NCBI RefSeq assembly: GCF_000186885.1
Contig: NC_014972.1
Location: 3,150,001 to 3,182,000 of the forward strand
Origin: Desulfobulbus propionicus DSM 2032
GTDB lineage: Bacteria; Desulfobacterota; Desulfobulbia; Desulfobulbales; Desulfobulbaceae
Reading direction: 5' to 3'
DNA: 32,000 bases
The position numbers were made by a program, and so were the translations under genes. The notes below the pieces were generated by a model. It did not search any database. It had not been told where the DNA came from and saw nothing but the letters and a program-made list of their open reading frames with translations. Below are positions 1 through 8,800 of this stretch, in pieces (the stretch's first letter is position 1; every line of letters begins with the position of its first letter).

Positions 1-108
1 CGATCCTGTCAACATTGATCTTTTTTTTTGCCGAATACGTCAAAACACAAAAAAAACGCGACCGAGGTGCGCCTGAACGGCCGGGAAAGAGAAGTGCGCC
101 TGTCGGGC

Positions 109-141
109 AAAAAAAAAGCTCCGGTCAACGAAGACCGGAGC
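109..141 (-). terminator. Rho-independent terminator downstream of tpx
   Basis: Read on the minus strand: GCTCCGGTC-TTCGTT-GACCGGAGC followed by nine T (9-bp perfect stem at 118-126/133-141, A-run at 109-117 on +). It lies just past the tpx stop at 169. Confidence 0.93.
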
Positions 142-168
142 TGGAGGGGTGAAACCGGGGGCAACCAA

Positions 169-669
169 TTATTTCAAGGCGGCCAGGGCGGCATCGTAGT
201 CCGGTTCTTGAGCGATTTCAGGAACCTGCTCGGTGTGGACCACCTTGCCGTCAGCGCCGACAATGACAATGGCACGGGACAGCAGGCCGGCAATGGGGCC
301 AGTGGTGATGGTCACCCCATAGTCCTTGCCAAAGGCCGGAGAACGGAACACGGAAAGCGACTCGACATTTTTGAGGCCATCGGTCTCGCAGAAACGGGTA
401 TGGGCAAAGGGCAGGTCCGCGGAGATGCAGAGCACAACCGTGTTGTCGGTCTCACCGGCCATCTTGTTGAAGCGGCGCACCGAGGCCGCGCACACCGGGG
501 TATCGATGCTCGGAAAGATATTGAGCACGATTTTTTTTCCTTTGTAATCCGCCAGGCTGACCTCGGACAGGTCCGTCTTGACCAAGGTGAAGTTGGGGGC
601 GGCTGAACCCTTGGCCGGCAGTTCGCCGATGGTCTCGATTGCATTGCCTTTCAACGTGATTTTGGCCAT
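169..669 (-). CDS. tpx: Thiol peroxidase (Tpx-type, atypical 2-Cys peroxiredoxin)
   Basis: 166 aa, MAKITLKGNAIETIGELPAKGSAAPNFTLV...NIFPSIDTPVCAASVRRFN... with the characteristic Tpx motif SIDTPVC; AAGGAG-like RBS upstream of ATG. Confidence 0.96.
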   Translation of the reverse strand: MAKITLKGNAIETIGELPAKGSAAPNFTLVKTDLSEVSLADYKGKKIVLNIFPSIDTPVCAASVRRFNKMAGETDNTVVLCISADLPFAHTRFCETDGLKNVESLSVFRSPAFGKDYGVTITTGPIAGLLSRAIVIVGADGKVVHTEQVPEIAQEPDYDAALAALK

Positions 670-728
670 GGTGAGTCTCCTTTTTGTTCAAATGAGTTGT
701 CAACTTGCGTCAAATGTCTGTCCCGAAA

Positions 729-752
729 GCGCATGGGATAGATCCCATGCGC
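729..752. repeat. Perfect 10-bp inverted repeat in the tpx upstream region
   Basis: GCGCATGGGA-TAGA-TCCCATGCGC; arms 729-738 and 743-752, loop of 4 nt. Confidence 0.85.
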
Positions 753-786
753 TGTGCACCAGCAAAGAATGATACATTGATGCAGA

Positions 787-801
787 AAATAATCATTATC
801 A
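787..801 (-). promoter_or_regulatory. Putative Fur/PerR box upstream of tpx
   Basis: Minus strand TGATAATGATTATTT matches the Fur 7-1-7 motif TGATAATNATTATCA at all but the last two positions; it sits about 120 bp upstream of the tpx start and next to a Fur-family gene. Confidence 0.55.
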
Positions 802-892
802 TTTTTTTGTAAAGCAAAAAGAAGCGGATAGATTTTTTTCCTGCCCTCCGGAAGAACGCGTTGGACGGTCGGCCCGGGGATGCCCGGCTCCA

Positions 893-1378
893 TCACTGCA
901 AGGACTCGGCTTGCCGTGCATCGTACTCCTGTTGGGCCTGGGCGCAAGCGGTGCAGGTGCCGTGCACCACCACGCTGGCGTGATCGACCGTGCCGATCTC
1001 GCCAACATTGGACGGCAGTTCGGCCGTATCGAAGGAGGGCCAGAAAAAATCAAAGACCTGACCGCAGACATCGCACAGGAAGTGGTGATGGCGGGTGTGA
1101 AGCACCTCGTAGCGGGCTTGGCTCGCCGCTGTTTCCAATCGGTGGACCAGCCCCAGCTTTTCGAAAGTTGCCAGGGTGCGGTAGACGGTATCCAACGACA
1201 GGGTTGGCAGACGCCTTTCCAATCGCTTGTACAACGTTTCCGCCGATGGATGGTCGCGGGCCCCGAGCAGTTCCCGGTACACCTCCAGCCGCTGGTGGGT
1301 CACCTTGAGACCCGCTCCCTTGCATCTCTGCTCAAAATGTTGAATTTGCCGCTGAATGTGTATCGTTTCCATGCGCAT
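893..1378 (-). CDS. Fur-family metalloregulator (PerR/Fur-like)
   Basis: 161 aa with winged-helix region GLKVTHQRLEVYRELL..HPSAETLYKRL...LSLDTVYRTLATFEKLGLV, HHHFLCDVCG and a C-terminal CTAC; two CxxC pairs typical of structural zinc. Confidence 0.93.
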   Translation of the reverse strand: MRMETIHIQRQIQHFEQRCKGAGLKVTHQRLEVYRELLGARDHPSAETLYKRLERRLPTLSLDTVYRTLATFEKLGLVHRLETAASQARYEVLHTRHHHFLCDVCGQVFDFFWPSFDTAELPSNVGEIGTVDHASVVVHGTCTACAQAQQEYDARQAESLQ

Positions 1379-1391
1379 AAAACTGATAATT

Positions 1392-1426
1392 TTTACTAAA
1401 TATTCGTTACTGATCTGTAGTAAAAG
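1392..1426. repeat. 8-bp inverted repeat upstream of the Fur-family gene
   Basis: TTTTACTA (1392-1399) and TAGTAAAA (1419-1426), 19-nt spacer, just upstream of the start at 1378. Confidence 0.6.
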
Positions 1427-1523
1427 GTATTCATACCGCCGTCAACGAGATTCTGCATTCTCCCTCATTGTGGTAGGCGAAGCGGCGTCGCTCCTTCGGT
1501 CGCGGCTTGTGCGTTCGCTGCCC

Positions 1524-2438
1524 TCACGCCGCCTGCTCGGTGGTGGCCAGCAGCTCGCCGATCCGGTTGGCATGGACCATACCCGCCGCCCACTCGTCGG
1601 GAATGGCCTGCCGGCCCAGGTGGGCGCCGAGGATCATGCCCGCCACCAGTCCCCGCGCCGCCGAATCGCCGCCGGCCATGACGTTCTCGATCAGCCCGGT
1701 CCGGAGATCGTCCGCGTAGGTGAGGACAAGATGGATGGCCCCGGGCAGGGCTGCGGCAATGCCGCACATCTGACCGAATTTGTTGATCACCGTGCGGGTG
1801 TCCTTGCCGCCGGAATCGAGGCCGCCGCGGATACGGATGTCCAGGTCAATGTCGTCCACCCCTTCTTCCAATGCCCCTTCCATGGCTTCGGCCGGATCGG
1901 CGCCGTGCAGGACAGCCCAGGCGGTTTTGGCGATGAATTCGGCACCGGCCAGGGTGGCCGGATTGTTGTGGGTCAGGGCGGTCTGCTGGCGCACCGCCGC
2001 CAGCAAGGCGTCTCGGTCGTTTCGGTACCAGTAGACCAGGGGTGCGATCCGGGCGGCCCCTCCCAGATCCGAGGAGCGGGAGCCGCACTGATCGAGCGGC
2101 AGCCCCCGTCCCAAGTTCTCCAGGGTGGTGGCGGTGGCCTTGTCGACATACCCCCGGTAGCCGACGAACAGCTCCTGCCATGCCGCGGCGAAATCGACCA
2201 GGGAAAATGTCCCGCTCCGGGCCAGCGATTCCAACAGCACCAGGGCCTGATCGCCGTAATGGGTAAACTCCCCCGCCCCCTTGCCGGCGTGGTAGGAATC
2301 GGGCAGGGGAGCCAACAATCGTTCCACCCGGCCGATACGCCGGTCGATTTCGGCCGTGTCGTAGATCCAATGCGCGCCGAGGGCCAGACTGTCGGCTGCA
2401 AACGAGGCCAGTACCATGGCCGTTGCCTGGGTTGTCAT
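1524..2438 (-). CDS. ADP-ribosylglycohydrolase (ARH/DraG superfamily) family protein, divergent
   Basis: 304 aa; MTTQATAMVLASFAADSLALGAHWIYD...GEFTHYGDQALVLLESLA...NVMAGGDSAARGLVAGMILGAHLG resembles the ARH fold family N- and C-terminal signatures. Confidence 0.8.
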   Translation of the reverse strand: MTTQATAMVLASFAADSLALGAHWIYDTAEIDRRIGRVERLLAPLPDSYHAGKGAGEFTHYGDQALVLLESLARSGTFSLVDFAAAWQELFVGYRGYVDKATATTLENLGRGLPLDQCGSRSSDLGGAARIAPLVYWYRNDRDALLAAVRQQTALTHNNPATLAGAEFIAKTAWAVLHGADPAEAMEGALEEGVDDIDLDIRIRGGLDSGGKDTRTVINKFGQMCGIAAALPGAIHLVLTYADDLRTGLIENVMAGGDSAARGLVAGMILGAHLGRQAIPDEWAAGMVHANRIGELLATTEQAA

Positions 2439-2651
2439 GACGATCCTCCTTGAGATTGTTCAGCGGCTCGAAAACAGCAGGAACGCTGTTCCCCGTATTT
2501 GCACACCAATAGGCCCGGTTGGCGGATTTGTCAAATGGTCCGGCGGCGCATGTCTGGGGCACCGGCACAGTTTGTCATAAACTCCGACACGCGAACGGTC
2601 GATACAACAGCATCTTCTTTCCATCCATTCCATCACCGACAAGGAGAACCG

Positions 2652-3986
2652 ATGCGCATAGCTGCGACCACCATCGGCATGGATGCAGCGCTTACTTCCA
2701 AGGAAACGGAACAACGAATCAATCACCTGAGCACCAGCTCGGCAACAGGCCAGACCGATGCCTTCGGCATCCGCCTCGCCTCCCTGCTGGCCAGCTCAAC
2801 CCACAGTCTCTGCAGTTGCCGCTCCGTGATCAGTCCGGTCCGTGGCGGTGTGGCGCCCCTCGATGCCGGTGCCCCTGCCCAAACGGACACCAGCAAAACG
2901 GTCCTGGCGCAGCTGGCCGAGCAGGTCATCGGCCAGCAGGTGACGATCACCGCGTTGGAACAAGAGCTGACTGCCCTTCCCCCTGGCCAGACCGCCTCGC
3001 CGCTGTTCAGCCTCGGCACGGCGCAGCTGATGCGCGGCACCCTCTCCAGCGAACGGCAATCGCTGCTCTTTGCCGCCCAGGGATGTGTCGAAACCACCGA
3101 TGGCCGGCGCATCAGCTTTGATCTCGGGCTATCCATGGAGCGGACCACCGTGGCCGCCCAAACCGCCTTGCTCGGCGTTACGCCGCTCTTCATCGATCCC
3201 CTGATCCTGCAGTTCGACCTGGATGCCCCTCTGCTCGGCGACACTGTCTTCCGCTTTGATCTCGACAGTGACGGCATCGAGGAGGAGCTTGCCTGCCCGG
3301 GCAGCGGCTGCGGCTTTCTCGCCTTTGACCGCAACGGTGACGGCGTGATCAACAACGGACTGGAACTGTTCGGCCCGAGCAGCGGCTCCGGCTTCGGCGA
3401 ATTGGCGGAACTCGATGACGACGCCAATTTGTGGATTGATGAAAGCGATCCGCTTTTTGCCCAACTGCGAATCTGGACCCAGGACGGCCAGGGAGGAAGA
3501 TCACTGCGCACCCTGAAGGAGGCGGGCGTGGGCGCGATTGCCGTCACCCACGCCGGCAGCGGTTTTGAGTTGCAACAGACCGACGGCACGGTATTGGGCA
3601 CGATCAAGGCCAGCAGTCTCTTCCTCACCGAGGATGGCCAGGTGCGCCCCATGCACGAGGTGGACCTGGCGTCGCCCGCGATCCCCGAAAACGCCGGATC
3701 CGCTGTTCCATCCCCGACCGAATCCCGGTTCGACACCGCCCTGCGGGCGCTGCGGGACATTATCGGCATCCAGCGGATGCGATTGCAGATGATGCTCACC
3801 GGCCAGCGGCTGCGCGGGACCATGGTCCGGAAAGAGGAACGGCACGATCTGCTGTTCAACTGGCTGCAGGCGCGCGGTGAGTGGCAGACCCAGCTTGAAC
3901 GCCGATTCGAGCTTCGCCCCGGACCCGCCGACCGGCCTGTCCTCGCGGCGAGTGGCGGCGATACCGCCGCCGTGCGGCACGGCTAA
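2652..3986 (+). CDS. Hypothetical protein with EF-hand-like/Asp-rich putative calcium-binding loops
   Basis: ATG at 2652 is preceded by AAGGAG. The protein contains FRFDLDSDGIEEE, FLAFDRNGDGVINNGLELFGP, LDDDANLWIDESDPLFAQLRIW. The upstream in-frame extension to 2499 lacks such support. Confidence 0.72.
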   Translation: MRIAATTIGMDAALTSKETEQRINHLSTSSATGQTDAFGIRLASLLASSTHSLCSCRSVISPVRGGVAPLDAGAPAQTDTSKTVLAQLAEQVIGQQVTITALEQELTALPPGQTASPLFSLGTAQLMRGTLSSERQSLLFAAQGCVETTDGRRISFDLGLSMERTTVAAQTALLGVTPLFIDPLILQFDLDAPLLGDTVFRFDLDSDGIEEELACPGSGCGFLAFDRNGDGVINNGLELFGPSSGSGFGELAELDDDANLWIDESDPLFAQLRIWTQDGQGGRSLRTLKEAGVGAIAVTHAGSGFELQQTDGTVLGTIKASSLFLTEDGQVRPMHEVDLASPAIPENAGSAVPSPTESRFDTALRALRDIIGIQRMRLQMMLTGQRLRGTMVRKEERHDLLFNWLQARGEWQTQLERRFELRPGPADRPVLAASGGDTAAVRHG

Positions 3987-4031
3987 GACGAACCGCCCCC
4001 TGCCGTATCCCTGGTGGTCTGGTCGCCCCCC

Positions 4032-5894
4032 TCAGTCGCCTGCTCCGGCTCGTGTCGCCTCCTCGCCCGGTGGGTGCCCTCCGATGCGGGCCACGATCCC
4101 CGCCAGACCGGAATAGCGCACCAGCCGCCGCCGGACCGCGCGCAGCAGCAAGGCGCGCGGGCCAAACAGGGAGAACCGTCGCCGCGCTCGGGTGATGCCG
4201 GTGTACAGCAGTTCCCGGCTGAGGACCGGTGCATCCTCCTGGGGAAGGAGCAGCAGCACCTCGTCGAACTCCGATCCCTGCGCCTTGTGCACGGTGATGG
4301 CGTAGGAAACCTGCCAACTTGGCAGACGGGCCAGGCTGACCGGCCGGACCTCGCCGTTTTCCTCGGCGAACCAGGCCTGCAACCTGCCCTGGTCGTCGGG
4401 CCAGAGGATGCCGGTGTCGCCGTTGAACAGCCCTAACCCATAATCGTTGCGCTGGATGAGGATCGGCATGCCGCGATAGAACCGTTCCATCGTTGCGATA
4501 CGCCCCAGGCGGCGAAAGATCGTCTCCGCCAGCCGGTTGATGCCTTCCACCCCGCCCGGCCCCTCGCGCAGGGCACAGAGGATGCGGCGTTGTCCAAGCG
4601 CCCGCAAGGCGTTCAGCGGTGTGTCGGCGGCAAACAGCGGCAGGAAGCATTGCGCGATCTGGTCGCGCAGCCAGGGGGTCTGGGCCGCCCCATGGGTTTC
4701 CTCGATGTGGAGATCCGGCGGGGCGGCATCCAGAATCGCGGCCACGGCCTCGGGCGCGCCGCTGTTGACTGCCCGCGCCAGGGTACCGATGCCGGAGCCT
4801 TCATGAAAGCGACGGCTGGTGTGCAGCAACACCAGGCAATCGCCCAGGGACGAGGCCAAGGGGACGGAGGCAGGCATCTGCCTCGGTCCGAGCAGCCCCC
4901 GCATGTGCCGAATCAGCCTTGCCGACCAGCCCGCAGCCCCTTCCCCGCACAAATCGCCAAACAGGTTACCCGCCTCCACCGAGGCCAGCTGATCACGGTC
5001 GCCGAGGAGAATCACCCGGCAGGCGGCCGGCAGGGCGGCGAGCAGGGCGGCCATCAGCGGCACGTCGATCATCGAGGCCTCATCCAGGATCAACAGATCA
5101 AGGTGGAGCGGATTGGCCCCATGGTGGCGGAAACCGGGACGGTCGTGATGCACGCCGAGCAGCCGGTGCAGGGTCTGGGCCTGTTCGGGAATCGGCGTCG
5201 CCAGCAAGGGGGGCAAGGCGTCCTTGGCGCGGCGAATGGATTCCCTGAGCCTGAGCGCCGCCTTGCCGGTGGGAGCGGCCAGGGCGATACGCGGCTTGGT
5301 TGGCGTCAGGGCAATCAGCAGGGCGAGCATCCGGGCCACGGTGTAGGTCTTGCCGGTTCCCGGTCCCCCGGAAATGATCACCAGCCGTTTATGGAGCGCC
5401 AGAACCGCCGCTGCCCGCTGCCAGTCCACCTCGACCGCCCCCTTGCTTTCGGGAAAGAGGGCCTCGACCAGGGGCAGGGCCGCCCTCTGGTCCACGGCCT
5501 CGATGCCGGCGGCCCGCCGGCTCAGGGCGCGGGCGATGACCGTCTCGTCCCGGTACAAACGGTGAAGAAAGAGATGATTGTCCGCATCCAGAATCAGGGG
5601 CCGAAGATCGCCGGGCGCGCCAACCACGGTGGAGCGCAGCAACTGCACGCGCAGCTGTCCGCTGTCCCGATAGGCGGCGTTGTCCACGCCTGCCGCCGCC
5701 AGAAGCTCCGGCAGGACGGACAGGGGCAGACAGGTGTGGCCCTGTCCGGTTGCCCAGCTGGCAAAGGCGGCGGCCAGGAGTAGTTGCGGGCAGCAACCCT
5801 GATCGATCCGTTCCAACAACTGGGCCGCCTGGACATCAATGGGCCGCAACCAATGGCCGGCGAGCAGGAAGTCAAGGAGATGCGCTGGGTTCAT
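4032..5894 (-). CDS. recD: Exodeoxyribonuclease V subunit alpha (RecD)
   Basis: 620 aa SF1 helicase: Walker A ISGGPGTGKTYTV, LDEASMIDVPLM, LGDRDQLASVEAGNLFGDLC, ITVHKAQGSEFDEVLLLLP; directly downstream of recB with ATGA overlap. Confidence 0.95.
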   Translation of the reverse strand: MNPAHLLDFLLAGHWLRPIDVQAAQLLERIDQGCCPQLLLAAAFASWATGQGHTCLPLSVLPELLAAAGVDNAAYRDSGQLRVQLLRSTVVGAPGDLRPLILDADNHLFLHRLYRDETVIARALSRRAAGIEAVDQRAALPLVEALFPESKGAVEVDWQRAAAVLALHKRLVIISGGPGTGKTYTVARMLALLIALTPTKPRIALAAPTGKAALRLRESIRRAKDALPPLLATPIPEQAQTLHRLLGVHHDRPGFRHHGANPLHLDLLILDEASMIDVPLMAALLAALPAACRVILLGDRDQLASVEAGNLFGDLCGEGAAGWSARLIRHMRGLLGPRQMPASVPLASSLGDCLVLLHTSRRFHEGSGIGTLARAVNSGAPEAVAAILDAAPPDLHIEETHGAAQTPWLRDQIAQCFLPLFAADTPLNALRALGQRRILCALREGPGGVEGINRLAETIFRRLGRIATMERFYRGMPILIQRNDYGLGLFNGDTGILWPDDQGRLQAWFAEENGEVRPVSLARLPSWQVSYAITVHKAQGSEFDEVLLLLPQEDAPVLSRELLYTGITRARRRFSLFGPRALLLRAVRRRLVRYSGLAGIVARIGGHPPGEEATRAGAGD

Positions 5895-8800
5895 CGTCCC
5901 GCCCCTCCCCGACAGCAGTCGTCCAGGGCCTCGATCAGGGCCGCGTCAGGCCGGAAGGCATGAACGCCGCTGCCCGGCGGGTGGGCGGGATCCATGGCCC
6001 GGAGAAAGAGGTAGTAGACCCCGCCCACATGTTGCTCATACCGGTAATCGGCGATACGCGCGTCCAGGAAACGGTGCAGGGCCAGGGTGTAGACCAGGGC
6101 CTGCAGGTGGTACTGATGACTGTCCATGCACTCGGCCAGGGCCTCGGGGGTGTAATGGGCCAGACTGGGCCCCAGATGGTTGGACTTGTAATCGACGATC
6201 CAATATCGTCCCTGAAAACGGAAAACCAGATCGATGAATCCCTTCATCAACCCCTGCAGGCTGGTCACGGGGGTGGTCAGCGGCCGCAGGCCGGCCCCGT
6301 CGAGCAGGCGGTTGAACCGGCGGAGATCCACCTTTTCCAGGGGAAAGAGAAAGCCGAGTTCATTGATCCGGTCCCGGACCGGCACTTGGTTGAGGCTGCA
6401 GGCACCGGGCAGCTCCACCGCCAGCACCGCATCCAGCCAGCGGACGGCCGTCGCCTGCCAACGCGCCTCGATCCCTCCCTGTTCCAGCACTTCGGCCACA
6501 AGCTGTTGCTGCCCCTCGACCGGGTGGTTGCATTCCAGCCGCTGCAGCAGGGTATGCAGGCAGGTGCCGCTGGCCGCGCCCCGGGGAAAGGTGAACGGCG
6601 AACAACCACTGGCCGCCTCTTCGCTGGGTGCCATCGCCGGCTCGTCCCGATCGGTTTCCAACGCGGCGTCGCTGCCGGATGCCAGGCGCGAATAGCTGGT
6701 GATGGTCCAGCCGGGAACGACGCGACCACGAAAAAGGCGCGGCTGCGGCATGGGCAGGTCGATGTCGCTCTGGAAGCGGTGATGGCCGAACCTCTCGGGA
6801 AAAGGCCGCAGGCCAACGAGGGGTTGCGCTCCGCCCAGCTGTTCCAATTCCTGGCACAACTGCGCATCGCTTTCCGGGCAGCGCGCCCGATGCAGCAGGT
6901 AGGCCAATCCGCTCCGCTCCAAGCCGTTCACCCGGCCCCAGCAGAACAGGCAGCAGGATTTGGCCCGGGTCACCGCCACGTAGAGCAAGCGGAGCTCCTC
7001 GGCCAACTGCTCTTGCTCGGCCCAGCGTTGATGCTCTTCCTGGCCCGTGCCGAGATCCAGGGTCAGCCCCAGGCTGTCGCGTTCATGAAAACTGAGCGGC
7101 TGATCGGCGTCAAGACCGCGGCCCGCCCACGGGAAAGGAAGAAAGACCACTGGAAACTCCAGCCCCTTGGCTCGATGGATGGTAACGATGCGGATCAGCT
7201 GCTCATCGTTTTCCAATCGAATCAGCTGGTCGGCGGCGGTGTTGTCCGGGTGGTCGATCTGCTGCCGGAACCAACGCAGCAAGGCGGCCATGCCGTGGCG
7301 GCCGGCCGGGCTCTGTTGGAGCAGTTCGGCCAGGTGGAGAAAATTGGTCAGGCTGCGCTCGCCGCCCACCCGGGCCGACAGGCGGCGGGTAACGGCTTCC
7401 TGGGCAAGCAACTGCTGCAACATGGGCATGATCCCCTGTTCCTGCCACAGCTGACGGTAGCGGTGCACATCGGCAAGACGGATCTCCCACGCCCGTTCGT
7501 CGCTGTTCAGGGCATGCAGCTGCCCAGCGTTACAGCCAAACAGGTCCGTGGCCAGGCTGGTGCGGATACGGGCCGGATCGCCGGGATCGACCAGGGCGGC
7601 CAGCACCAGGGCCAGCTGCCGTGCCTCCTCGCTGGCAAAGACCGAGGCCTGGCTGGAAGCGAGGCTGTTCACCCCCCGCCGCCGCAAACCGGCCTGCATG
7701 GCCTCGGCCTCGCGGTGACTGCGCACCAGGATGGCGATATCCGAGGTCTGCAGCGCCTGGCCGCCAATGGTCGCCTGCCCCAGCCGGGCCTGGTCCAGCA
7801 GACCGACGATGGTGTTGCTGCACACGGTGACTGCGGCTCGCAGGGCCTTGTCCTTGCTGATGGTGGTTGACCGGGTGCTCTTGAGCCGCTCGCTGTCCAG
7901 GAGCAGCCCGATCAGGGGAGGAGCCGGCTCACCATCGAGCAGCAGCGGCTCGGCCCTGGCCTCGGTAGCGGCCTGAACAGGCTGGAAATCGATATCTTCG
8001 GTGAAGACAAAGGCATCCCGCCGGCAGCCGAACAGGGCATTGACCGCCCCGACCATGGCCGGGGTCGAGCGGTAGTTGGTGCCCATGGTGTAGCGATTCT
8101 CCGGAACCGTCTCCCGGCGGGCACGGATATAGGTGAAAATGTCGGCGCCGCGAAACGAGTAGATCGCCTGCTTGGGATCGCCGATCAAAAACAGAGCGGT
8201 GCCAGCCGGCCGCTCCTGGCGGTAGATGCGCGAGAACACCTGGTACTGCACCGGATCGGTGTCCTGGAACTCGTCCACCAGGGCGGCCGGATAACGGGCG
8301 GCAACGCGGTCGGCCAATTGACCACCGCTCCCCGGCTGCTCCAGCGCCTCAGCCAGCCGGGTGAGCAGGTCGTCAAAGGCCAGCCACCCCTGGGCGCGCT
8401 TGCGACGGGACCGTTCCTGATGCACAAAGGTCCGCGCCGTAGTCAGCACCTGGATGGTCCGGCAGCGGAGGAAGCGACCGTGATCCTGCACAAAGGTGTC
8501 GAACAGCGCAAAGAAAGGATGCTCCGGAGGCCCGGCGCTTTTCTTCTTCACCAGCGTGGCCATGACCGAGGCAGCCATCCGGGCGACGATCCTGGGCAGC
8601 AGATAGGGCATGACCGGACCGGCAGCCAAACCGTCCATGGCAGCCAGCAGCCCCGTCACCTGATCGTGACGGTAGGCGTTTTGATTGCGCAGCAGACTCG
8701 AATCCTGCTCCAGCAGGCAAGCCACCTGGGCGCGCTGCCGTTCCCAGGCTTCGCGCACCTGGGCGAACACGTCCCGGGCCCGTGCCGCCAGGGACGCCAC

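Noticed and set aside
5750-7870. 706-aa plus-strand ORF and similar long ORFs
   Set aside because: Antisense to recD/recB, which have unambiguous motifs. The translation is low-complexity (G/R/P/Q rich) with no domain. Long shadow ORFs are expected in GC-rich DNA.
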